Part shown: piece after piece, positions 35,504-48,465 of the stretch
Layout of the letters: every line of letters starts with the position of its first letter
Position numbering within the stretch: position 1 is the stretch's first letter
Source of the DNA: Klebsormidium nitens
Taxonomy: Eukaryota > Plantae > Klebsormidiophyceae
Direction of reading: 5' to 3'
Assembly (NCBI GenBank): GCA_000708835.1
Contig: DF237425.1
Span: 10,003-74,002 of the forward strand
Length of the DNA: 64,000 nucleotides
Translations under genes and position numbers: made by a program
Notes under the pieces: model-generated
What the model saw: the letters and a program-made list of their open reading frames with translations, nothing else
What the model was told of the DNA's origin: nothing
Databases searched by the model: none

Positions 35504-37346
35504 GAGAGTAAGATTTATTGATACTTTGCAACTTTCAAACTGGTGAAGTATGCAGAGATTGACTGGCTTTCAAATTTGGACTGACTCGCAGATAAACCCT
35601 TTTCGAATCAGTGACCCGCAGCAGCGAGAATTCGAAAAACCAGAAAATCAAGAGGGAAAAATTGCAGGCGTTACCAATTCTTTACATTATCAATGAGATA
35701 CGAAATGGTCTTACGATGGCAGCACTCACATGCTCGTCTGGAAAAGCCTGTCTCCCAGCACAGAGCGATGCCCCCATGCTGCCCTACAGAGTAACCCGAA
35801 GTTGCCCTGCTCGGACCCCGAGTAGCTAATGACTTCTTAGCCTGTCCACCATGGTAGTGATACAGGCTCTCTGCTCGAATCTGTGCTCTAGCACATGCTT
35901 TACACAAGAAATCTGTCTTGACGGCAGTCTTGATGTCCCCAACGCTATTCAAGCTGCCTTGCAATACGGAGTGGAAAGTTAGGCTGACATGTTATCCAGG
36001 TTGGCAAACATTGTGAATGGCCCAATTGATCACCCGTGCACCATCGTTGCAAGCGACTGGCTTCTAAATTGAGCCTGTGCACAGCACCTTTGATAGAACC
36101 AACAGAAAGTGCCTCTTCCAATGTGGATAACCGTCTTTATTGGAGATAGCTGTCCTAGTCAGCGCAGCGGTCTCATGGGCTCATGTCACAGCAACCAGTA
36201 CCCCAGGCCAGCACTTGGATTTCTCCCTTGACCACCAGCCTGGGACACCCCTGTTGTCTCCGTGCATGTTTCTAACCGCTCAACCTTCCCTCTCAACCCT
36301 CCTTGCTCAACAAGCTCTGTCTGAAACTCGTTTCGACACTTTCAAATCCACTAAGTAAGCATCCCCAGGAATCGCTCTAACAGGGAGGGCAGCCCCTGTA
36401 CCATCGAATGTGTCAGGTGGAAATGCCAGGCAATGCGAACTACCAAGCAGCAGGGCAGCAGCTGCAGGCTGTCCTGCTCGCGCCTGATCTCCCCTGTGCG
36501 TCCGGCCTCTTCCTGGAGCTCTGACTCAACGGTTGGAAGCACATTGTTGAAGTAAATGTTGACGGACGGTGAAAGTGTCCGGCTTACATAATGCTCATAT
36601 GCCGTCTATTCAATCATTTTTTGTTTTTCCCAACGTCCCTAAGACCTGGTTCCATAACAATCCATTCAGAACAAGATTTTGCAAACAGAAACTGATCATA
36701 TAGTCACAGAATACCGGATTATACGAATTTTACGCAATCGCCAAAACCTACGTCCCAAAACAAAAAGCAAGCACTGGATCATGGATGACATTTAGAGATC
36801 AAACCAGAGGGGGACTTGAAGTTGAAGCACTGAATGCATGAGAGCTCAGAGAATCTGAATAGTCTGCAGAGAGCACATGGGAGCAGCCTGAGGAGCTGGA
36901 ACCATTGGCTGGTCCTTTGCGCAGCCAGACGGTTGGGTTCATGCTCTTCGAAGAAACGAACACACATCAGAAACCATTACCTCTGGGGACGGCACGACCC
37001 CTGGTTTGCAGATTGTGGACAAGGAGGAAAGCAAGGTCGGCAGTGCAGTGTTGTCCAGCGGCTCAGCCCCAAAACGCCTAGACAAGGTGCAATTCCACGT
37101 CGAGGAACTCAGCCGGTTGCAGCTCGTACTACAAGGAGGATGCCATAGAAAGTTTGTTGTTGCTATGTACTCGTCTGCTTCCAAGTCTCCGCAATTCAAC
37201 CAATTGAGGCAGTTTTGGCTTTCTAAAAGCTCTTTCAAAAAACCACCAATCAGGCCTTCTCAGGGCGGCACATTTAAGGTAGCGTCCGACAATCTTTTCC
37301 ATCTCCTGCCTTTGACAGGAGCAAATCTTCTGCAAGAAGGGAGACC

Positions 37347-40300
37347 ATGCTCGGAGGCGAGAAAAGGTAAGTCCTGTGTATATATCTAGTTGGTGGCAAA
37401 GGGTTTTCAGTCTTCTGCTGAGAAAGCTTTTCTTTGCTTAGTAAGTAGTGTGAAGACGAGAAACATTTAACTTGGTGGTTTGGCCGCGTCTTTGACCGTG
37501 TTGCACAAGAAGCAGACTATGTGAACCTTGTCTTTAAGCATTTGGTACAACAATTCCCTGCTTTTGTATGGCGACTTTGGAGCCTCGTGTCCCTCCTTCA
37601 AGGTTGTCTAATTCAAAATGGCGCTTTAATGTATCGTCCAGTGTCTGCTACATCCTTGGTTTTATTTTGAGTGGTGACTCTCCAAGGTGGTGCCTGCTTT
37701 GAAGGCAGACTTTACCTACTCTCAGCGTCTGCCAATTGCTCACACAAATGCAAGTTCTGTGGCGGTCTTTCAAGTGACTGCAGTTCGACCTATTAGGCAA
37801 AGTCTGCAATTATATTCATTCGTTGGCAATTTTCTTGGCGAAGAGGTTCTGCATTTCAACCGGGTCCATTAATTCCTGACCAGTGGTGGAAGGTTTTATT
37901 TGGATTGTCCGTTACTTATTTCCAATCAGGCTTTGGTGCCATTCGAATACCCCATAGTTTGCTCATCTTTGGCGCGAGCTACTCGCTTGTGGTGCAACTC
38001 TTTGAAGTATTTAGAGTACAGCAACAGCGCAGACTGTCAAAATAGTCTTTGGAGGGCCACTGGTTTTTACGCGCGCCAACGCAACTCTTTGTGTACATCG
38101 TAGGGGCCCTTGCTCATCTGTGTCTGCTTTGCCACTTGGTTCTTCTGCTTCTGTGTACAGAGGAGTCTTGTCCGGAGGAGCTCAATCGTACTTAGCAACC
38201 CCAATCATTGTGTGCATTGTTGGGCCCTTGCTCATCTGCGCAGCTCAACCAATTGTTTGTATCTTTTCCTGTTTTACAGAGGAGTGCCAGCCCGGAGGGG
38301 CTTAACCGTACTTGGCAAAATTCCAGCGGTGCCAAAGCCTATCAATCTTCCCAGTCAGAGGTGAGTGCTAGACATGCGAGCACGTGATGACCGGCAGCTT
38401 TAATTGCCCGTTCTCAGCGATCAGAATTCAGCATCTCGAACGCCTTTTGTACAAGGTTGTTATTGCCCTTTGGAGGTTCGCCGAACGTCCAGACCTCTTA
38501 AGAAGCAAAATATCATTGTTGCTGCAAGATTGCTGTTCAAAAGAAGGTGCGCCGTTTTGAGTTTCCATGTGTGGGGCTGTGGTTTATGTGCGTTCTCATT
38601 GTTTGCAGGCTTGAAAATCGGGGACTCGATCCCAATGTCGAGATTGTACCCAAGTAAGTACTCTGGATTTGTGTTCTTCTTTTGTGCCTCCAGGCCAAGG
38701 TTGACTGTGGCAGGTTTGATTTGACCAAGCAAGAGAAGCAGTTGGTCGCCTTCTGTGATGGAATCTGGACAGCGACTTATCTAGCACTCTGTGTCGCCTA
38801 TATTTGTATCTGTTAGACAAAACTCAGAGAGAGTACGTGGTCTGGACTTGTTCCATGTGCAAAATCCTGTCAGTTGACTGTCATCGTCCTGATTTTGAAC
38901 CGTATGTTTCTACACCAGGCATTGAGACCTCACGCGATAATAGATGCTCTCACTTAGACATTCTTCCAGCTTATCGTAATAAGCCTTAACACCGTCGACA
39001 GAAAGCAGACTTCTTGAGGACATCGTTCATGGTTTGGTGTTGTTTCAGGGGCTCCTTTGGATGGGCCACCGGACGTTCTCCCCCAACAAGCGCCGGTCCA
39101 TGGGGCGCTCACGCCCCTCCGCCAGCGGGGCCCTGGGGCGGGCCTGCCCAGCCAACCGCCGCGACGCCTCAGCCGAGCCTTCTGGAAGTTCAGCAACAGC
39201 AGTTAGAACAGCAGCAGCAGCAGAAGCAGGTATGTTACACTTCTCCTTTCAGTGGCGCTATGGACACTGAAGAGTTGAGCGATCGGTTGGGGAGTGCTGA
39301 TTTGGCGCTCTCTTGAGGGAGAAGGATCCTGGTGGGGCGTCTGCCTCATTGCTCTTTTCAATTCTTTTGAAATTGTCAAGACGAAGTCGGAACAAATGCA
39401 TTCCGGGACAATCACTGCCAAAATGACGCGAAGTCTCTGAACAAGCGAGGTCTAGTCTCGGAGTTTCCTCGGTCCCTCATGATGTGAGTTCTTTGACTTC
39501 CCAAATTCGTGAAGTTGCAACACTGGAACTCGCTCCTTGCCTCCTGCAGACCCCTGCACCACCAGGATCAAGCGCATGGGCCAACAAAGGCCCCCCGCCT
39601 GGGGACCAGGCACCGGTTCATGAGCCGCGCCCACCTCGTCCTGCAAGTGCTGACGATGCGGGACGTGCTTTGAAGACGAGTCTGAGTACGAAGTCGGCAG
39701 ACGGGGGACCCCCTGCTCCTGGAACGCCGCCAGTGCCATCGGCATGGGGGCTACAGAAGCCTGCGGTGAGCGTCGCCTGGTGTCAAATGATTGTGTGGTC
39801 TCGTTTCTCGAGTGATTGATTGCGCAGCCTGTTGGGAAATTAATTGTCTTAGACCCTGATCGCAAACTAACAGCGTTCTGTCTATCTACAAGGGGCTCTG
39901 TTGGGAGGGCCGCTAGCGAGCGAAAATTCAAGAGCGAGTTGGGTCCTGCGGGGTATTGAGTTGCTGTTCACGTCTTAAATTGTTATATTCCCAGATGTAT
40001 CCTTTTCTATGCTTATCAATTTCTAGATTTGACACATCGATCAAACGGAGCTGAGGAGGGGGCAGCAATTCCGGCTCAAGGGGGCATATGGATCGGGGTA
40101 TTTTCGTTGATCGGTGAAGGTGATACGGTTCCATGAGCTCAGGACAACCTTTCTTTCTAGTTTCTAGGCTGCAGTCAAAGCTACAAGCATTCGTTCTGGT
40201 TTGCAGGGACCTGGTTCCTCTTCGCGCCCCGCGAACGACAAAGACTTTCCGGCTTTCGGAGCAGAGAGGGCGCCTGATGAGCCGCCGCGCTCAGGTCAGT

Positions 40301-43300
40301 CTTCTTCCTTCTGCAGGATGTCGATCCTTTCACAACGCTTGTCTTGGGAATTCCCCTCTTAAGGAGCAGGGATTCTTTGTAGCAAAGGATTCAATCTTCT
40401 CCTATCACGGGCTTCCTATGATTGCATACTCCGAGGTGTCCTGGAACGGGATTCTGCTGCCGTCTTCAAGAGCCGACATCTCATGGTTTGATAAAAGCGT
40501 TGCGCCCGTAGTCGTGTAGTTCAGTGTGATCCAGCGCTTGGTGTGGTCTTAGTGGACTTGCAATGAGATTTGGCAATCGCTCAACCATGACAGCCCCTTT
40601 CTGCAGGAGGAAGCCACAGGGAGGTGGGAGCACCTGACAGGAGAGGGCACGGTTACCAGGACGGACCTTTTCCGCGAACACCAGGTAAGTCACGATCTCC
40701 CATGTGAATTTGTACCGTCATTGTGCGTGTCATGTGCACTCTTTTTGGGTTATGCATCTTGTGGAGCTGAGTTGTTCCATCCGAAGTTTCTGGCAAGTTT
40801 TCTGAGTCTTGAGTACTTGGACTGAGTTCCATAGCAAGGCACGCAACAGAAGGGAGAGAGTGATGCAGTGTTTCTTCCGGAGGCTTCTCACAAAGATGTA
40901 CACTTTGTGAGAAGCTATCTCGTCACTTTCGGACATTTCGTGTGCTCACCATCTAGACGGTGCTCGCAGATGGCTTCCATGGTCAGGGGCACTACGGACC
41001 TCCCCCGCCTCGTTCGGCAGACACCTGGCGGCGTGAAGATGATCATCACGGCCCTGCCAGCGCGGACAGCTGGAGAAAGGACGGGCCTCATGGGGGCGAC
41101 ACCTGGCGTCGGGAGGCGGGGCCTGCGCATCCTCATCCAGAAGATAGGTAAGAGGCTGTGTAGCGTGATCAACGTGTCCCATCTGACTCAGCGTTTTAAG
41201 CCAGCTCATCTGAACTGTTTCTCAGTGTTTGCCCGATGAAGTATGCGAAAAAGTTGTTAAGCTAATGCGAGGATCGGCTGTTCATTGGAGTAGGAGGTCA
41301 AACAGATTTTACCATATCAAGTTCACACCCCAGATCGTAATGCTGAAAGGTATCTTGCTGGAACACGAGGCATGCCATTCAACACTTGCCTTTCCAACTC
41401 TGGTGGTCCTCTCTTGAAAGTGATCTGACTTTGAGTGCCATTTTGGAAGTTCCTCCGACGCGATTCACCTTTGCTTGGGTACGAGCATGAGCATCCTCGA
41501 AAATCTGGTGTTTTCTGTATGTACAGGTGGCGCAGGGAGGGCCCTCCACCTGGCGGCTTTGCAAATCAGGGCCGCTTCCCTCCTGGGGGGCATTTCCAGC
41601 CCCCAGGCCCTGCTGGCTACGGCCGGGGCCACCCCCCCGACCCGTACCAGGTGCACCTGCTTCCTGGTCACCGGCCAGGTTCCGCTGACGGTTTTCAAGG
41701 ACGGCAGGCTTTCGGGGCCTTCGACGATAGGGGCTTTGCTCCAAGGGGGGGGAATTTCGCCCCTGGCTATGGTCCCCCACCACAAAATATTGATCCCCGG
41801 TACTCGCGGGGGCCGCTGCCGGGGCACCGGGGTGAGCCGTTGGACGATCGAGGAATGGGAGAAAGGACTTTCGGGCCGATTGGCCCTCGTGGGGAGCCGA
41901 AGGGGGATAGAGCGAGGGGTCCAAATGATGGGCATGACGATGTGCCCGCAAAAGACCCTGTTTCGAAGGAAGATGCTCACGACCAGCAGTCCAAGAAGCC
42001 GCGCACGGGGCAAGCGGGGCCTGGTGGCGAAGGGGCGGCTGCTCCAACGACCCCCCGTTCGCATGGGGCGAAGGAGGGGCACATCGACTGGGCCTCCGAG
42101 AGCCTGGATGATGCGATGGACTTCTCTGAGCCCCCCCCGGTGTTCGGAGATGCAACTGTAGACGAGCCTCCAAAGCCGCCTTTTGCAGCCGAGGGGTCCG
42201 AGGGCCTTCCTGAAGTTGACAGGCCGGGCCTGCCAATGCCTCCCCACGAAAGAGAGCGGAGCTTCGGGGAGAGGGATTCCCCCGGTTTCGGCGGACCTTC
42301 TGTAGGCCGCGATCATCCCGGTTTTGGGGGCCGCGAGCCAATGGGCTTTCAGCAGAGGAGGGACTACCCCCCAGGTCCGGGTTTCATGGGCCCGCATCCC
42401 GGTCGGGGGGTGGGTCGGGGTTTCCCTGGTCCCCCCGGTCCGATGATGCGCCCGCCCATGCAGTTTCCTGGCATGCACCCCGGTTTCGTAGGGCGTCCTG
42501 CGCACGTGGGGCATGATCCAGCGATGCACATGATGAGGCCGCCAGCCCCCCCTTTTGAAGCCCCGCATCCGCGACCGCACCCAAGGCCCCACAAGGTGGT
42601 CGAGGTGCCCGCTCACGCACCTCCCGAAAATTTCCGGCTCCTGAAACGGACTGAGGAGCAGTCGAAGCCGTCTGAAGAGGGGGAGGCGTCTAAAAGCCCT
42701 CACGGGGGGCTCCAACCTGTCGTTGGGGAAACGTTGGAGAAGAAAGCTGGACCGGATGTTGTGGGTTCAAAGGGGCCAAGTGGAAATGGAGCGGCGGGGA
42801 CAGCTTCTCCGAAGGCATCGCCGGGGCTGCCAGTCAAGGAGGCGCCTTCGGCGGAGCAGATGAGCGAGCTCGACTTCGATGCTCAGGTATCGGCTTCAGC
42901 CTTCGAGAATGGTCGTTTGGTTGTTGGCATGGTCTGGAATTACAGAGGTCTTCTTATTGCGTCCTTGGGCTTAATGGGGATTGTCACTGCCGGGCACCTT
43001 TTCTGATACGCTAGTAGTACCGTCGTGTATTCATCATCTTGTTCGACGGCTGAAGAGAGTAAGAGAGAGGAGGACACTGGAAGCATCACATTCAATATGT
43101 CAAACAACCGAAGAGAATTGCCATCAGCAGTAAAACAGAAGATTGACGTTTGGCGAACTGCGCCTCCAAGGCTCACCTCAGCGTTTCGGGTGGCAACACC
43201 CTTTCAATACTGCTGGACGAGCAGCAGAAACTGCGATCATTGGATCCTTCTTGCCCCTTGAAGAGCAGGAAAGTATTGTTGGGCTTTCCTTGTTAGCTTG

Positions 43301-46300
43301 CCTCTTTGGCAGCGGCCCGAAGCGCGCCAAGCTTCTACTTCGATACCCTGCCCTGTCTGATTCGTCGTGTTCTCTGTTTCTCTTGGCAGCGGCGGAAGCT
43401 GCGCGAGGAGTCACTCGAGAAGGCCCGCAAGCTGGAGCTCGAGTACAAGCAACGGGACCAGCAGATCCTCCTCGCCAAAGCACAGGCGCAGCAGCTGTCT
43501 CATCCGCCAAACCAAGACTGGACGAGAGCTCTGCCTGCGGGTGTCTCCCCACCTGACGCACCTGTAGAGTCGGTGGGAGATCTCCCCTCGGGGGGCCCGA
43601 GCGACAGGTGGATCCGTGGGGGCGGAAGAGTGGGAGGGGGAAGAGGTCGTGGGGAGAGAGACGGGGGAAGAAGAGGGGGCCACCAGGGGCGGCCTGAAAG
43701 CGGCGGGGACGGGGAGAAAACCTTGTCAGGGGGACAGCATGTGAGCGTGGAGCATGGGCTGACTGGGCCGCCTCAGGTCAGTCTAGAGGGTTCAATGCGC
43801 CATGCGGACTGCGGGTTGAGCTGAACCTGGTCATAATCTGATCAAGAACGGTCGACTCGCTGAGATGATATCTTTGATTGTTTGACTGGTTGCATTTGAG
43901 GTGGCAACGGGAAGAAGCCTCAGCAGTACGGCCTTAATCTGACTGTACTTAACGCTGGTGCAAAGTCGGCCAGCACATCTGGCTTCCTTGCAAAGCATTC
44001 CAGGATCGTCTGGGGTGGTTGTGGGGGCTGATCTTAGCCATACGACTCAGGACTCTTTCTGTGTTTCTCCCAGAAACATTCAGAAACATTCAGAAGCATT
44101 CTCCTCGGTTGACGATGTCAGTAGTATAATAGGAGCGCTTTTTCTTGAGCATGAAATAATCACAGCCAATGGACAATTTTCATCATCTGCTCACTTCCAG
44201 GTACTGGAGTTGAGCGCTCAGCACCAAGCCGGTGCGAGTCGCGGACGTGGTCGGGGGCCCGCCCGGGGCCGCGGCGACTCTGGCAGGGGCAGCAGCAGTC
44301 GGGCAGACTCCTCCTCTTCCTCCCGCGACGAGCATCAGAGCCAGGGGGGTAGTTTCGCCCACCTTTCGCAGGCCCCCGTGGGAGAGGTTCGCCGGATTGA
44401 GGTCGGGCCGCAGCCTTTTGGGGAGGCGCAGCTTGACTTGGACATCAATGAACCGACTCCGCATCTGCAACCGTCCGCAACGGCGGAGCCGAGGGGAGTT
44501 GGTGGTCCTGCGCCGGTGGACGATGAGAATAGGCACGGGGGCAAGGGGCCCGGTCGGAACCAGCGGCCTGAGAGGGCCAATTCACACCAGCGGGCGCAGC
44601 ATCAGAAGCGTCCCTCGGATCCACAAGAAGCTCCCAAGGCAGTAGAGGTAGTTAGCCACCAGCCGTCTCCAAGGGGTGTTAATATGCCCCCCGTCAGCCC
44701 ACAAGACCAGCCGCCACTCTTAGCGTTGCCCGTTCACACCCCCTCTCAGAAGGGGATCCTGCCGGACCCGCGCCAAGTCCCTCGGTCGCCCGTCCAATCT
44801 GGGCCGCCTCACTTTGATGTGAAACCCTCCGGAGTTTTTGAGCAGCCACACCCGAATCCCTCTTCCGCTCGTAACCGGCAGCCTCGACAAGCCCCGAAGC
44901 TGGCGGATCTGCCCGCCGCCTCCTCCCAGGGGGTCGAACAAGGCCTAAACGCCCCCCCCCCGGAGCAGCACAGGCCGGTGTCCTCTCAGGACGCCCGGAA
45001 AGGCGCGGGCGGTCACGTCGAGCAGTCACGAAAGTCCCCCCGGATGCCTCCCGGCGAAGTGAATGTGCCGCCTCAAAGTCATGGCCAGCAAATTCAGCAA
45101 GGACGGGGAGGGGCGCAGCTGCCTGGTGCGCATGGCCCTGTGCGTATGGAGGGCCAGCAAAGGACCCCGGAAACGGGTCACGTGGCGACTGGCTGGGGGG
45201 AGATCCCAGTGCAGGGCCCCTCTGGTTGGATGCACCCCCCTGAGATGGCGTCCGAACGGCCATCTGACCAGGTAGCAAGGCACCCGAACCCTCAGCCCCA
45301 ACACTTCCCGAACCATCCCCAGTTGCAGGCGCGACAACCCCACCCCAACTTTGCTCCAAACGCGCATCCCCCCCAAGGGGCGGGGTGGGTGGTTCCGACT
45401 TCGACACAGCCACGAGAAGGCCGGAATGAAATTAGGGGTGGGGAGAGACAGATGGCCGGTCCTCCAGGGGCGCACGTTCCAACCGGTTGGCCCGATCAGC
45501 CGCGGCCTCACCTTATCGCCGCCGACCTTAACCCTCACCTTAACCAGCCCCGTGGACCCATCCCGCAGGGGGGGTACAATCCCATGGGTCTCAGGCCCCC
45601 GGCCGGGGGCTTCGCTGTTCCGATGGGGCCCCCGCAGCAGCAAATGGGACCCCCCCCGAACGCGCAGTTCCACCACGACAACCGACCGGTCAGCGAGGAC
45701 GGTCAGCGGACGCCCAGGGGGCATTCACACCAGAGGGGCCATGGGCAGAGAGGAAATGCGCACCCAGGTGAGGTCGGGCCTGAAGCGAGGCTGCCTCACG
45801 GAGGTGGGCCGGGAGCGACGGGTTGGGGGGTTCAGCCCGAGATGTGGCTGCCGGGGCCACCGCAAAACCAGGGGGGTAAACCGACGGGCTGGGATGTGCC
45901 CCCCGCTGAAGGCGGAGTCCAGGGGCCCAGGCCGGAAGGCCTTGTTAGACCGGAGGCCGGTCGGCCGCAAGTGGGCGTTCAGGACGCGCGGAAGCTGGAA
46001 CAGGGCCCTGAGAGAAGCGCGGACGGGCAGGGAGAGGGTGGGGCGAGGAAGAAGCGGGACGGGAGGCGAGAGGGCAGGGGGTCGAGGAAGGGCCGGGGCA
46101 GTGGCAAGTCGGAGAACTCAGAAAACGTGGAAGATGCGGCAGGTGGGTTGCTTCCTCTTCAAGCTCCGCAAACAGCACACTGCACCCTTTTGGCTAGAGA
46201 ACAAGACCGCGTAACGACCTCTGTACGGCTCCGTTGTGGGCTGGGGGTCGCCGAGCTATCCGCTTTTCAGCTCCTCTTTTTCAGAACACGCTCAATCAGT

Positions 46301-48465
46301 CCGCTCACTTCACTGACCATGGATCATGCCATTGGATGAAGGAACGTTCCTGCTTGTGAGATAAGCCTTGATCTCGAACATGAACAGGATACTGGCGTCC
46401 ATTCAAGAAGGCGTCGCAACGTGCAGTCAAGAAGGCTTCACAATGAGCAAGTAGTAATATATGAACTCACAGAATCTTGCTTCATTTCCTACAGGCGATA
46501 GCCCCCCAGAGTTCGGGCCTGACGGCGCCCACATCCGGCGTCGGACCCACCCCACGCAAAGAGGTGCTCGGGGGCGGAGCGGCCGTGGGGGGGACAAGAA
46601 CAGGGAAGGCGCGCCTGCTTCTCCACCCCCTGGGACGGAGAACCGCGGTCCAAGACCCGAGGGAGTACGACTACCCCCCACAGATGAGCAGCAAAACCGA
46701 CCCCCCCAAGCAGAGCTGCGAAAAGCAGCCCCCCAGGGAGAGCAGCGGATTGCACCCCCCCAGGGTGAGCAGCAAAAACCACCCCCGCAGACCAAGCAGC
46801 AAGGCGTTCCCCAAGCGCAGCAGCCGAGACCCCCCCAGAAGGAGCAGCAGCCTCGGCCCCCCTCTGGACAGCAGCCAAGCGGACACCCCCGGAACGATCA
46901 GCAAGCGCCACCCCCCTAAAAGAGCAGCAGCAACGGCCCCCCCAGCAGCAAAGAGCCCCGCAGCCGAAACCGCAGCCGAAACCCGCCCAAAAGGAGCAGC
47001 AGCCGCGGCCGGCGGTGCAGAACCAAGAAGGGGGGGGGCCGAAAGCAGAGGGCGAGAGGGGTCCGGCACCCCCCCAGAGAGGACGGGAGCGGAAGATGCG
47101 GCCAGTGCCAGCTGAAGTGGCAACCAAAGCGTCTGGAGCAGAGTCCGGGGGGCACGGGGGAGCGAGCAGCGAGGGTCCGATGAAGAACGGTGGAGGGGCA
47201 GGGACAGGTAACCAGGCGAGAGCTCGCACGCCGAAACCGGATGCGCAGACTTCTAGAGGGCCTGCCCAGCGGGGGCCGCAGGAAGGGCAGCCTAAAGCTC
47301 CTCAAGGAAGCGTTGCTCCGGCGGCGACGACGGTTGGCGAGAAGAATGTGAGCAGCGAGGTCAACGCTAACCCGGAGGTCAACGCTAACAAGCCGAGGAA
47401 ACCGGAGTTGGCTCGTTTTCGACCAAAAGGAGCCTCCACCGAAGGTGGGAGCCAACCTGCGGAGCAGCACGAGAGCGGGGGGGTCGCAAACGCCCCGAAA
47501 CCTGTCCCCCCGGCTGATCGGCGGAAGGGACCCAACCGAGGAAACGCTGTAGCTGCGGCCGCGGCGTGGAAGGAGATCCAGACCGGGGGTCCGGAAACGG
47601 CTAAGCTTCCCGCCAGCGAGGCCCGGCAGGAGGCGACCGCTAGAGCTTCCCAGGGGCATGGTTGGGAGATGCCGCCGCAGCAGGGGGGGAACTCGCAGCC
47701 CAGACCGCAGGGGCCAGCGCACCCCCTCGGGCAGCATCCTGGGGGCGTGATTGGGCCTCATGCGGAAGGTGGGGGGAGGGGAGCGCGTGGAAGAGCGGTG
47801 AGGGGAGGGGGGTTCCGGGGCGGAAGAGGCAGAGGGTTTGACGGATCGGAACACAGAGAGGAGCATGGGCCGAGGACTGTGGTCAAAGCGGGTTTGCAAG
47901 GTGAGGGATTGGCCCGTTGCAGGAGGGACTGGCCGGCTCTTGGGTTTCAAGGGTTGAACTTCGTTTGCGAAAGCGCTTACGAACTCTTTATCCAGTGCGT
48001 TCAGAAGGCTTAGAGCTACTGTCAAGTCAGCCTGTCTGGAGGATAAGATACAGGGAAAAGGGGCGCACTCCATTTGGCTCTTTGTGAGCAACGTAGGGAG
48101 TTGCGTATTAAGCGCTGATATTGCTATGCAAGTTCTTGGAGACGGCAGCGTCTCTCGGTCTGCATCTGACATGTACTGATGATTCTATCTTGCTGCCTCC
48201 AGTGGATCCTGTTCTGTCCGCCTTTGCTGAGAGATGAGCTGCGCTTGCGTGTCCCCTTCGTGGCCTAGGCTCCGAATGACCCGCTCTTACCGGAACAAGA
48301 AATCAGTGAGGAAACGGCTCTGTTGACGGCTGTATTCTATCTGCTGCAGGCAAGGACGTTATAGTCGCCTCTCAGGGCCACAATCGCCCGATGGGGCCGT
48401 CTTCCGGCTCTAGTTCCAACCCTCCGAGGCAAGTTGTAGGCCCTGGCATATCTGCTGTCGTCTAG
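37347..48465 (+). CDS. MOS1: MODIFIER OF SNC1 1-like / BAT2_N (PRRC2-like) low-complexity protein; frameshift at about 46916 as assembled
   Basis: Exons 37347-37366, 38280-38360, 38609-38653, 39049-39229, 39550-39765, 40207-40294, 40607-40684, 40970-41147, 41527-42886, 43390-43740, 44201-46142, 46495-47900, 48350-48465. The N-terminus MLGGEKR...LTVLGKIPAVPKPINLPSQRLENRGLDPNVEIVPKG matches the plant MOS1 N-terminus. Central coiled coil FDAQRRKLREESLEKARKLE; RGG boxes. Confidence 0.88.
46670..47010 (+). repeat. Pro/Gln-rich coding repeats (27-30 nt units) in MOS1 exon 12
   Basis: PPQAELRKAA, PQGEQRIAP, PQGEQQKPP, PQTKQQ, PQAQQPRP, PQKEQQPRP units with CCCCCCAG.GNGAGCAG DNA periodicity. Confidence 0.75.

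Noticed and set aside
41379-48172. Many long ORFs on the minus strand and in alternate frames (e.g. 41465-42715, 46916-48172, 45351-46214)
   Set aside because: Shadow ORFs of the GC-rich MOS1 exons; no domains or splice logic of their own.
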